Shown here in pieces: positions 20,010-31,811 of a stretch of DNA of 64,000 bases. Within the stretch, counting starts at the first letter, position 1, and each line of letters begins with the position of its first letter. The stretch is from a virus (Duplodnaviria > Caudoviricetes). The notes under the pieces were generated by a model. The model was not told where the DNA came from, searched no databases, and saw only the letters and a list, made by a program, of their open reading frames with translations. The stretch lies in the IMG/VR virus record IMGVR_UViG_3300029305_005870, one strand, 5' to 3'. A program made the position numbers and the translations under genes.

Positions 20010-21437
20010 TTAATTTATAATCTGAATTCTAGCTTTAATATTAATTTTATCTAGTTTTGTATTTGAATTAATTGTAGGATAATATATATGTAAAACATTT
20101 AAAGGAATCTTAACAATTACATCTTTAGAATTTCAATATAAAGAATATTTTCCAATCTCTTTTATGGTATTTGGAAGTTTTATGCTATCTATAGTATCAT
20201 TATTATAAAACGCATAAGGAGCAATTTTAGTGACAGGTTTTCCATTTATTTCTTCTGGAATAATTAATTCTTCAACTATAGCATTTTTTGAATAATTTGA
20301 ACCTGTAATTACAATATGATTTTTTTCTTCTTTATATTTAAATTTATTTCTTATAGCAATTTGTTTTTGCTCTTCTATATAATCGTTATATTCTTGAATC
20401 CATTTATTGCGATCTTCTATAATATTTTCTAAATTTGTTTTTAATTCACTATTGTTATTTTTTAGTAAAGTTTTAACCATAGCAGGAAGACCATTAAATC
20501 TATCAACTAATGAATCAATTCTAGAATTAATTTCATCTAAATTTGATTTTGAATATTCAGAATAAGTATGTAAATCAAAGTTTAAAATATCTGAATTTAA
20601 ACTATCAATCTCTTCTCTATAAGAGTTTAAAAGATTATTATTTCTCTCTTGTCTTATTTGTTCTCTTTCTTCTTCACTTAATTCACCATCTAAGAAAGTA
20701 AGATTAACATCTGTTCCTATAAATCAATTATCACAAAAAGTTTCTGGAATATCATCTTGATTACGTAAAATTGAAATATTATTAACATCCTTAATTGCTT
20801 CAGACTCGATTGTTATTACATTTTCTGGAATTACAATTTCATTTATTACATTTAAAGGACTAATAGCTTCTGATATAGCATCTGCACAAATAGTTGTAAT
20901 GAACTCTGGAATTACAACTTGAGTAGAATTGTAAGCTGTGTCATTATAAAATTCATCTACAAAAGCATACAATGTATGACCTTGATAAATAAAACCAACA
21001 TTATTGAATTCATAATCAGATATACTAATTCCTGGAAGTAAATGTAAAGGAATTTTATATTGAGAATCTAAATTATAATTTGTACGTGCATTAAAATCTT
21101 CATAAGCATAATTTAACTCGAATCTCATATTATTTGATAATTGAATAGTTCAAGATTGATTAGATAACATTGCTGCTATTACTTCATTTGTATTTTCATA
21201 TGTAAAAAAGTATAAAGTATGGTCCCCGCCAGGAGCTGCATGATTATTAAAAGTATCTTCACTTTGAATAAATTTTTGTCCTGCAGCTGAATTATTTTCA
21301 TGACAAATAAATTGTTGCGCTGCTTCATAAGAATTTATTCTAAATAAATCTATTCCTTTATCAGAACCAATATGTTCTGCTCCTTCAACTTGTATAGCTT
21401 CTTTTAATATTTTCTTAATTTTTCTTATTTTTTTCAT
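20010..21437 (-). CDS. BspA-type LRR protein (475 aa)
   Basis: Joins three track ORFs through TGA; VVIPEFITTI, LIIPEEINGKPVTKIAPYAFY, LPNTIKEIG. Confidence 0.85.
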
Positions 21438-21492
21438 AAAAGAAATATACCTCATTTCTTATTTATATTATATCATATAATTTAGCAAAAGA

Positions 21493-21520
21493 AAAATCCT
21501 TTAAATGCTTAAAGGATTTT
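21493..21520 (-). terminator. Intrinsic terminator
   Basis: aaaatcctttaa-atgc-ttaaaggatttt. Confidence 0.75.
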
Positions 21521-21526
21521 ATCTAT

Positions 21527-23002
21527 TTACATAATACTTCTTCCTAAAACGTTACCGTGTGATTCTAAATAATAAATATTAGATAGCTTTAAGTTATTAG
21601 TTTGTGGAGCTGAAGGTTGTCCATCTGTAACTTCTTTTTGAGTTAATACTGAATCTCTTAAATATTTTGCAATTTCAGCTTTTGTTGTTTCAATTAATTC
21701 AGATCCATCAATACTTATAAAATATTTTACTTTTGGTCTTGAATTACTTCTTGGATAGAATCTTAATAATTCAGTTCCTGAAGTTGTTTTGAAAATTTTA
21801 TTATCTACTAAAACATCTAAATGATATAAATTTCCTTGTCTTTCTTTTCCTGTAGCAGCTCTCATATCAATTGTTGCTTGTTTGTTTTCATAATCAACTC
21901 CAGTTGATCCATACATTTCAGACATTTTATAAATTAGAACATTACTTACTCCTAAGTCTTTTAACTTCTTTTTAGCAATACTATCATTTAAATCCTTAAC
22001 ATAACCAATTTTGAAGAATTCACCTTTTCTAACGTTTTCAATAAAAGAATACACATCATCTCTATTTAAAGGAGTAATAGGAGAACGAGTTAAATCTTCT
22101 TCTAATACTAATTCAGTTTCTTCTTCAGTTGATTCATCTTCTGCTTCTTCAGGATTAATTAAAGCTAAAATTTTATTTAACGCTTCATTATATCCTTTAT
22201 CAAAATCAGATTCTACTTTTTCATCTTCAATTATTTCAGTTTTAATCTTTTCAATTATATCTTCAATTGATAAAGTAGATTCTTCTTCAGAATCTAAAAT
22301 TTCATTATCTTTAACTGTATCTACTTCTTCATCAGCTTCATTTAAATCTTTATTTAAGTTTTCTCTTATAGTTTTAAATCTTGCGATCTCAAATTGAAAA
22401 GCATCAAAATTATGTGCATCATCATTTTCTGGAACTTCAAGAACTACAACATACTCAACATCTTCATCACGACAAGTTTCAACTAATTTTTTAGCATATT
22501 GAATTGCTTCTTGTTCACTGTTAAAGCTATCTTTAAATTCATCTAAATATTTATAGTCAGTATCTTCATCATCGTTAGTATATAAATAACCTACTTCATA
22601 ATTATAGTTATCACAAGTAATATTACCTTCTCAATCATATGTATCTCCATAATTATCTCTATAATATGACTTTTTAACTTCTTCCTTTAATGATTCAGCT
22701 TTAATAGCTGTCATATAAGTTCCTAAAGTAGATAAAATAGCTGAGTCATTTGCATTTCTCATTCTCTGTAACTTATACATACAAGAAATATAATTTTTAT
22801 GTTCTATTTCTTCTTTATGATCTTCTAAAGTTTTAATAGCTTTAGCTAACATTAATTTTGCTGTTTTTTCATTTTTTCAATCTTCATATTTATTTAAAAC
22901 AGTCATAACAGTAACTTTTTTATCTGTTTTAGTTATTGTATTTTCAGTTAAGCTAACTTTTGATTTATTTAATTCTCTTAAAGCTTCTTGAATAATATTC
23001 AT
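21527..23002 (-). CDS. Multidomain hypothetical virion-internal protein (491 aa)
   Basis: Joins 22631..22852 and 21527..22054 through 2 TGA; several L/IxE sites and an acidic linker. Confidence 0.8.
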
Positions 23003-23052
23003 TTTATATTAATCTCCTTTTTTTATTTTATTCTTTAAATTTAGCAAATAAA

Positions 23053-23502
23053 TTATCTTATATTTTCAAATAATTTTAAATCAGCTTTTATTAACCTTAA
23101 TAATTTAAAACAAGGAAGTAAATCATAATTTTTAAAATAATTATTTAAAACTCTTGTTATTTCTTCAGCTCTACTATGTTTTAAAAATAATTGATTATTT
23201 TCTAATTTTTTAGAATACAGTATAATTTGAAGATTTAATGCAGCTAATGTACTTAATACATCTTCTGCATTAAACTCCTCTTTAACTATATTCTTATATA
23301 AAGGAGATTTTTTAGAATTATAATTTTTTCTAATCATCTCATAAAAATTAGAAACATCTAAGTGTCTGTTATCATTAATGAATTTAATTGTTTCTAAATC
23401 AATTCCTTCTTTTAACACTAATTTATTTAAATATTTATTTACATTAATTCCTGAAGATTGCATTTCAGTTAATAATAAAATTAAATCATTTTTTGTAAGC
23501 AT
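23053..23502 (-). CDS. Helical hypothetical protein downstream of the portal
   Basis: 149-aa ORF with AAAGGA RBS. Confidence 0.75.
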   Translation of the reverse strand: MLTKNDLILLLTEMQSSGINVNKYLNKLVLKEGIDLETIKFINDNRHLDVSNFYEMIRKNYNSKKSPLYKNIVKEEFNAEDVLSTLAALNLQIILYSKKLENNQLFLKHSRAEEITRVLNNYFKNYDLLPCFKLLRLIKADLKLFENIR

Positions 23503-23531
23503 TTTAATAAATTCCTTTCATTAAAACAATA

Positions 23532-25373
23532 TTATAAATTTTCATCTAATAAATTTAAACCTAAATCATCAGGAGAAGGAAGATCTTCTTCTTCATCTTC
23601 TACTCCTTCTTCATTTATTGTTTGTTTAAATTCATCGTTTTCAAAAGATTCTAATTCAACATTTAAATCATCTTCTGAATTATTTGTTTTAGTATTTTCA
23701 GTTTCATCTTCAGTTTCTTTATCTTCTGCTTCTAATGAATCGATATATGCTTGAAGATATGAAATAACTTCAGAATCATTTACTACTCCAGCTAATAAAG
23801 CTTTGTAAATTTTTAATTTAGTTGCTTTATCTTCAATATCAGCTAATTGATTCATTAAATCACCAACATAACGAATTCTGTTATCAGTATTAGTTCTTCT
23901 ATCTAATTCTTCTTGAGTTATTGGAGTTTGCATTCTAACTGTAAACTTATTTACATAAGAATCTAATCCTCTATCAATTAAAAATAGATTAATAATATCT
24001 GTTACTAAAGTACATAAAACTTGTTGAATCTTTTTAATAGATTTACCATATCTAGAAGATAAAATTGTTAATGAAGTTCCTCCATTAAATCCTGCTCCAT
24101 CTTCTGTAAATCCGAAGAATTGTTTTGGAACTTTTAATGATCCAAATAATTTATCTCTAAAATACTCTATATCAACTAACGATTTAGGATCAAAGTCTCC
24201 ACCAATAGTAGTAGCATTTATATTTCCTTGTCCTCCGTGAACTGGAACATAAATAGTATTTTCAATAGGACCTGTACTATTATATTCTGACATTCCAGAT
24301 TCAACATTTATAGCTGATTTTTGCTCAATTTTATCTTTTAATCTTTCCATAAAATTTCTAACTTGTTCTTTAGGCATATCTCCTACTTCAACTGTTAGAA
24401 TTCTTACAACTGCTGATTTTGTTAGACGATTAAGTAAAGCAGACATTTCTAGTAAATTTAATTCTCTTCAAATTTTAAATGAATTATAAAGAATTGATTG
24501 TCCTCTTTTTATAGAATAAGAACTTTTAACAACATTATAATCTTTATCTTCACTTGAAGAATTTAAATCTTCAATAAAAATATCAATTTCTTCTTTTTTT
24601 CTTTGAGAAGTGTTTTCTAAAGATCCATGAGCAAAACTCATAGCATCAAATATTTCAATATCTTTTTTATTTACTTTATATTTGTTTACACCTAAATAAT
24701 TATTTATAACTTCATTATTTGTATTAACTGCTGTTATAGAATTTACAGGTGCTTGAATAAATCCATGAGTTTTTCCAAATTTTTGTAAATCTAAAACTTC
24801 TCCAGGATTTGGTACCATTTCAACATAAGGAACATAAGGATCTTTATCCAAATCATATATTCTTATTTTAACATCTTCATTTAATACTTCTTTTGGAGTT
24901 AAAGACTCATTTAATTGCTTTGTTCTTGAATTATCTTTAAATAATAAATCATTTCCATAATCTGATTGTCTAAAAAGTCTTATAAAAACATCTCCATAAG
25001 TAACTAAACAATAAGATCAAGAATAAATATGTTTATTTATATCTAAAGAATCTAATAATCAGTTTGTATAACTTAAGACATTTGGATCAGAACTTTCAAT
25101 TCAAACAGACTCTCCTTTATCATTAGATTGTATAGCATCTTCTGCGTAAGTTTCTAAAACTGCTGAAACTACATCATCTTGAGCCATTGAATCTAATAAT
25201 TGATACATTTGTTCTCTACTTTGAGTTGATTGTGATAAAGAATTTAAAGATGATAAATCTAGTGTTCCTATAGAAGCACCATCTAAAATACTATCTACAA
25301 ATGAATTTTTTAAATCTATTCCTAATTCAGGTTCAGGTGTAGGAACAGGTTTTATTTTTTGGTTAGTATCCAT
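23532..25373 (-). CDS. Portal protein, T4 gp20-like (613 aa)
   Basis: Three track fragments joined by 4 TGA; YGDVF, KIW(TGA)RELNLLE..LLNRL, VEVGDMP, DIEYFRDKLFGSLKVPK. Confidence 0.92.
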
Positions 25374-25395
25374 TATTTCTCTCCTTGTTAACTAT

Positions 25396-27417
25396 TTATA
25401 ATATTACTATTTCATCATATAAATTAATTATATCTTTTATATTTGAAGGATGATCCATATTATTATTAAATACTGAATGTAATTTTTTTAATTCTTCTTC
25501 TAAACTTATTGTTAATTGATTTACATCATCAGCTTTACGAGAATCTTCATTCATTCTTAATATTTCTTCAGCTGATTCTCCATAATCATATGCAAACTCT
25601 TCTGCATGTAAAGAAGCATTATATAAAGCTCCACAAACAGCATCTGAAACATCTTTCGACCCACCATCTGGGTGATCCACCTTACCTGTATCTAAATTTC
25701 TTTCTAGATCAGTAATTTCTTGTTTTAATAGTCTATCTCCATATACCTCAAGTCTTTTTTCATATATAGCAGATTTAAATGCTAAATAAGGTTTACAAAC
25801 TTTATCAGAATCAACTCTATCTACTGATAATATACTAATAGGATATCCTTCAGCTTGTAATATTTGTTGTAAGTCAGCTGATTGATAAGTATCTGATGTA
25901 ATACCTTTTATATTAAATCCTCTACTTTTTAATCATCTAATAAACTGACGATTTTTTTCAAAACTAATTTCTCTACCTTTTGGAGCTTTAATTGCTACTG
26001 AAAATGCTAGAGAATAAAATAAATCTTTATCTTGTAGATTTGGGTCTACACTTGGTTTTTTACCTTTTATAAAAACACCAGCAATACCAGTTCGGTCACC
26101 TGTTTTAGACATATCGAGATGTATGTATAGAGGTTTACTTTTTAGTTTAGAATCTATTTTACTTAAATCAAAGAAATTATAATATTGAACTTCTTTATCA
26201 TCAGGACCATTTCCTATAGTTAAAATTTCATTTTTAAAAGGATTTGTAATTCTTTTAGTAACAATTTCGTTATAAGCTTGTCCACTAATATATTTAGTGA
26301 TACTTGAACTTGAAATACCTGCAAAGTCACATAACGCTCTATCAATATCATCTAAGAAATCAGCTTTCAAATCTACTGGAGCTTCTATTATTTTGTATCC
26401 TTTGTTAATATACATATCTGAAGGATGATCATCTGGAATTACCATAGACTCTAAGAATTTATTACCTAAAGCAATTCTAAACATTTTATCTGAATAAGTT
26501 CCTTTAGGTTTAACTTCCCATACACTACCATCTGAAATATAAACATTATCTTTTTCAGATTTTAGTTTTTGTTTCATATGTTCTTCTAGAAATGATTTAT
26601 CACTTCTTTTAGAAGAAGCAAGAATTAATAATGTTGGATTTTTACCTTTATATACGAAACGTGTTTTCATACCACCTATAGCAGTATTTATCATATCTTT
26701 TGCTTTTGCTTTTTGTTTTTCAACATCTTTATTTTTAATAAATGAAATTTCATCAAAGAAAGCAAAATATACAGGTAAACCAATTAAATCATCTGCTTGA
26801 GAACCAATTTTAATGTCAATTGCAACTTTATCATTAAATTTTTTAGGTACTCATATTTTTTTAGTTCTACCTTCTAATTCACCATTCCTCATAAATCAAG
26901 GACTTGATTGTAATGTATTTTGGAATTTACTAATTCCAATTTCTTCTGCTAGATCTAATTTAATATTCATAAAAGCAAACACTATTTTTTCTGTAGGTTT
27001 TAAATGAAAATATCCAACAGGATCTTTTAAACATAATATTCTATGTAACAAATAAGCTGCAATTAAAGATGCAATTTCTGATTTTCCTCGTCCACGAGAA
27101 CCACTAAGAATAGCATTATTAACTGTAGTTGTTATATTATCTGGAAATAATTTTTTTAACTCTTTTCTCCAATAAGGATATAATTTAGAATTTCCTTCAT
27201 TATCATGTCAGGCATTTCCTAAATATTCATATGAATCAACAAATGTCTCAATATCTACAGGTGCTTCTGTATAATCTTCTAATAATAAATTGTTTAATTT
27301 ATCAGAAGATCCTTTTTCAACCATTTCAGTTAAAATAGAAAGAGCTAACTCTTTCTCTTCAGGAGTTAGCGTATCAAGTAAATTTAAATCAATATTATTT
27401 TTAATTGAATTGTCCAT
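25396..27417 (-). CDS. terL: Terminase large subunit (673 aa)
   Basis: Walker A GSRGRGKS, Walker B AFFDE, RNase H-like HLDMSKTGD and DHP.GGSKDVSDA; joined through TGA. Confidence 0.93.
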
Positions 27418-27612
27418 GATATTTCAACTGACCTTTCTATAATATATTTTGTATATTAAATTTAAAAATATTATAGTTTTCCTTAAATTCGTTATTTACC
27501 ATCATAAAAAGTCTAAAGACATTTTTAGATGATATAACGATATAATATATAGTTATAAGTATATACTATATTATATTTATATATTTATATACAATTATTT
27601 TTATTTAATTTT

Positions 27613-28380
27613 TTAAGATTTTTTCTTCTTAAATTTTCCTCTTTCTTTTCCTATTGCATTTGATAAATTAATTAAAGCTTCATCAGAATCAAGATAATCT
27701 TTTAAATTTCCTTCATCATCATAATCATCTAAAGTTAATTGAATTGCTTTATTATAATCAATTCCATATATTTTAGGAAAAATAAACTTACTATAATTAT
27801 TTTCCATATTTTCTTTCATATAATTTATATAATTGTTTATTACAGAAGCAATTTTCTTAAGTCATTCTACATTATTTAAAACTGAAAGAATATGTTTACA
27901 AGCAGCTCCTTTAGAATCATTAGGATTTGTTATATTTGAAGGTCTTGTTTCTTTATCTGTTGCATGAGAATTTTTATTTGCAAAATAATTCAATCTGTAT
28001 TTAAAATCAGGACAAGAACATCCAATATAAATATTAGAGCTTCCTAAAGATTCTACTAAAGATCTATAAATTAAGTTATAAGTTAGTAGATTATTATTAT
28101 CTTTAACTTTTCTTTGTATTTTACCTAATATATTATTAAATATAATTTTAACAGTATAAGTATTAGTTTCACCTTGTACTTTTACTCCAAATTTTAATTT
28201 ATCTTCTTTTCAAAAAGTATTCATATCAATTTGATTATATTCTTTAACTGTATTAGCTACTTTACATTTATTTTTAGATGTTCATCTATTTTCCTTACTA
28301 TTTTTATAATTATCTGCTTTTCTACTTTTAGCAATAAGATCATTTCTTGAGGCTTCATTTAATATATTATTTTTCATCAT
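27613..28380 (-). CDS. SWIM zinc-finger protein (255 aa)
   Basis: GCSCPDFKYR...TNPND.KGAACKHI; 3 TGA; mostly missing from the track. Confidence 0.85.
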
Positions 28381-28479
28381 TATCTCCTTTCTAATTGAGA
28401 TTTAATGAATTTAATATAAATTATTAAGATTGTAAAATAAATGCATTATAACAGCTATTTTGCCGCAATATTGCTCATT

Positions 28480-29592
28480 TTATTTGTATTCTTTAAATTT
28501 ATTTATTATAGTATTTTTAATTTCTTTTAAATCAGTATTTGCTTTAAAAGAAATTCTATCTAATTCATTACAATTTATTTTTTTAGGATTATTTGTTTGA
28601 TAAATTCTGTTATTTGCTTCACATCAAGCATGTGTTATTATCTTTAAATCTTCTTGCTTATTAGATAAGTATCCTAAAACGTAATCGGTATCAAATCCTA
28701 ATTTATTATAATAACAAGTAGCAATAAATGCTCCACTATAACATATATAATTCTTAGATATTAAATCTTTTATATAACTTGTAGAATTTTTAAAATCTTC
28801 TATTTTTATCAATTCATTATATAAATATTCAAAGGTTTTAATTCTAGTATTTAAATCAGTTCCAGATATTTTATAAGTTTCTTGCAAACTCTCTAAACTT
28901 AAGTCTTTACTAATTAATTCATTTCTTAAATCTTTTAAATCATTTAAATAATCTAATCTTCTAATTTCTTTAAATATTAAATTTCCTAATCCAAATTCTC
29001 CATCGTTCTTAATAGAATTCTGTCTTAAATTATATATATCATTTATATATTTTTCAATTTGTTCCATATTAGGATTATTTATTATATTATAGTATTTATT
29101 TTCTCATTCGACAACTTCTTTATTTAATTTTTTATTATCAATTTCAGGAATATCATTTTTAGAAGGATTTTTTAATCATTTTTCTTGATTTAAACTATAA
29201 ACACCATTTGATATATTAGATAAATCATCTTTATTTTCTACATATAACTCAACATTTATATCTTTTATATAAATATCATATTTAAGATTAAATAAACTTT
29301 TATAACAGTTATATAATAACTCTAAATGTTTATCTTCACAATCAAATTTTTCATTTGCAATTATATGAACATCTAAATCACTTTCTTCATTATAATTATA
29401 ATTAGCATTAGAGCCTAAAATATAAATATCTTCTATATCTAATTTTAATCCATCAGCTTCAATTGTTTCTTTAAATTTATCTACTATTTTTATAATAGCT
29501 TCTTTAACATCTTCTTTTAATTCATTTTTTTCAGTTCAAATTAAAGGATTTAATATATCATGTAATTCAATTTGTTCTAAGAAAATATTCAT
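28480..29592 (-). CDS. Pol-beta-superfamily nucleotidyltransferase fused to a transglutaminase-like Cys-His domain (370 aa)
   Basis: LNPLIW, LGSNANYNY...SDLDVH, VELYVE, GVYSL..EKW, GEFGLGNLIFKEIR; then ICYSGA...HAW(TGA)CE. Confidence 0.85.
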
Positions 29593-29605
29593 TACGTTTA
29601 TCTCC

Positions 29606-30514
29606 TTATAAAGTTACATCATCTAAGTGATTTGCAATTAAATCACAATATTTAATATCAGATTGACATTTAGGAAATTTTTCTTTCATTTCATCATTAT
29701 ATCAATTACATCAATCTGAATAATCATTATAAGTTTCTCCTGTAGTTATCTGTAAAGGAAAAATAAAAGTATCTTGAATATAAGGATTTAAAGAATTTAA
29801 AATTTCCTCTTTATTTTTACAATTAACTGTAGGTAAACTATTACATAAATCTTTTATTTCATAATTTCCTTCATCATCTTTATTTAAACTAAATCCTGTT
29901 ATTAAAAGTAGATCTTCAAATAATTTTTGATATGTATTTTTTTCTTTTTTATTAATATTTTCTGAACATGATATTGAAGATGAATCATTTGCAAATGAAG
30001 TATTTGAAATATCTACTGAATTATTAAATAATTCCATTTCTTTTTCAGGATTTCCACAAAAGTGAAAACTAGTATTATATGAACCTTTTACATTAGATTT
30101 ACTATGTTTTTTACTCAATTTATCTCAATAATCTTTCTCAACTTCTCCTTGAGTTTTTATAGTTTTAGATTTCTTTTCTATTAATAATTCTTCAGATGTT
30201 AATTCAGGTTCAAATTCTTCCTCTAAATAATCTTCTTCTAATTCAATTGAAGATTCATTTGTATCATCTGAAAAATCAGCACAATATCCATAGAATGTAA
30301 CTTCTGAATTAGATTCTTCAATTAAATCTTCTTCTACTTTAGTTTTCGAGTCTTTTAATATAAAAGAATCTTCGTAATAATCATCAGGAACTTCACATTC
30401 CATATCTATTTGATTATAATTAATATTTTCATCTAATATCTTTTTTTCATATACAAAATCTTCATCTGGAATATTTGTTTCTAAATCAATTTCATTGTAT
30501 GTCATTTCTTGCAT
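29606..30514 (-). CDS. Acidic hypothetical protein (302 aa)
   Basis: Joins 30125..30514 and 29711..30118 through TGA. Confidence 0.75.
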
Positions 30515-30536
30515 AATTTAATTTATCCTTTCTTTT

Positions 30537-31274
30537 TTAATCAATTGGATAGAATAAAGAAGAATTAACTTTTAAAGTCTCTCTCAACTCTTTTAATTCA
30601 GTATTTCCTTCTTCTAACATTCTTTCTCCATCTTGTGTTCATAATGCATTAGATTGAGTAAATCTAGTTCTAATTCTTCCAAGAGCTACTTTAGTTATTG
30701 CTAAAGACATTCTTTTTAATATATCAATTCAATAATCACTTGTAACTTCTTCTACATCTTGGAATATAGGAACATATTCAATAGTTATATAAGTAGGAAT
30801 TCCATGAGCAACATTTATATATAATTTATCAGCATGTTTATCTTCTTTAAATGATAAATCAGTTGACATATTACTTCTCATTTGTAATAAAGTATTGTAA
30901 GATAGATAGTTAAGAAGATAACTTTGTAAATTATATTGTCCTCCTAAACCATTAGAGAAAGTCATTCAAGTTTGAGCGTACATTGGATCTACATTACTAC
31001 TAATTCCTCCTTGAGTAACTGTTGTATCACCTACTAAACCTTCACTTCTATATACTTTCACAATAGAACTATGTTTAAAATCTTTTAAATCTATAACTCT
31101 ACTAAAAGGAACAGTTATTAATTTTGTTTCATCTATATATCTTTGTAACTCTATTAAAGCTTGATCTATACATCTACCAATTCCTTTATTATCAATCTCT
31201 AAATCAAGTACTCCACCTGTTAATTGAAATTTTATATCTTCAATATATTGATCTTTAGTAAAAGACATTGACAT
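30537..31274 (-). CDS. Neck / head-tail adaptor protein, T4 gp13-like
   Basis: IKFQL.GGVLDLEI; W(TGA)I....LA..K..LGRIRTRF....DGERMLEEGN.ELKELRE.L. Confidence 0.8.
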
Positions 31275-31366
31275 TATAATCACCTCTACATTATTCTAAA
31301 TTTAATTACTTCTTTTTATTGAATAAATCTAATAAGATATTTAGTTTCATTATTAATATTAATTAC

Positions 31367-31723
31367 CTATTCTAATATTATAAATTTTGTTCTAGGAACT
31401 ATAGTATTTATATCAGTTTCATTTTTAAATAACTTAATTTGGTAATAATAATTTCCAGATTCTAAATTTTTAGTTTCTTCAGAATTTAAAGTAATATATA
31501 TGCAATTATCACTTTTAATATAATCATCTTTAGTATAATGTTTTGTAATTATTGCATCCTCTCACTTTTGATTTGGTTCTAAAAGATAGAATTCGATATA
31601 ATCATTTTCAGTTAAATCATAAAATTCATTTTCTAATCCTGAACCAATATTTATTTGAAAAGGAATTTTAAAAGTATCTCCTCTATGTAATCTAATTATT
31701 CCATTACTTGAAATAGTACTCAT
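31367..31723 (-). CDS. BppU-N-like Ig-fold structural protein (118 aa)
   Basis: IRLHRGDTF...ETKNLESGNYYYQIKL...TIVP..KFIILE; absent from the track because of TGA. Confidence 0.7.
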
Positions 31724-31767
31724 ATAATCACCTCATATTTCAAATATCATATAATTTAGCAAAAAGA

Positions 31768-31792
31768 AAACTATTACAAAATGCAATAGTTT
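31768..31792 (-). terminator. Intrinsic terminator (imperfect stem)
   Basis: aaactatt...aatagttt next to the late motif at 31753. Confidence 0.55.
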
Positions 31793-31811
31793 AATTTTTA
31801 TATATTTATTT

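Noticed and set aside
23532-27417. Portal, terminase and other genes as pseudogenes of a decayed prophage
   Set aside because: All breaks are TGA, in frame and often at conserved Trp positions, with no frameshifts or TAA/TAG breaks. Recoding explains them.
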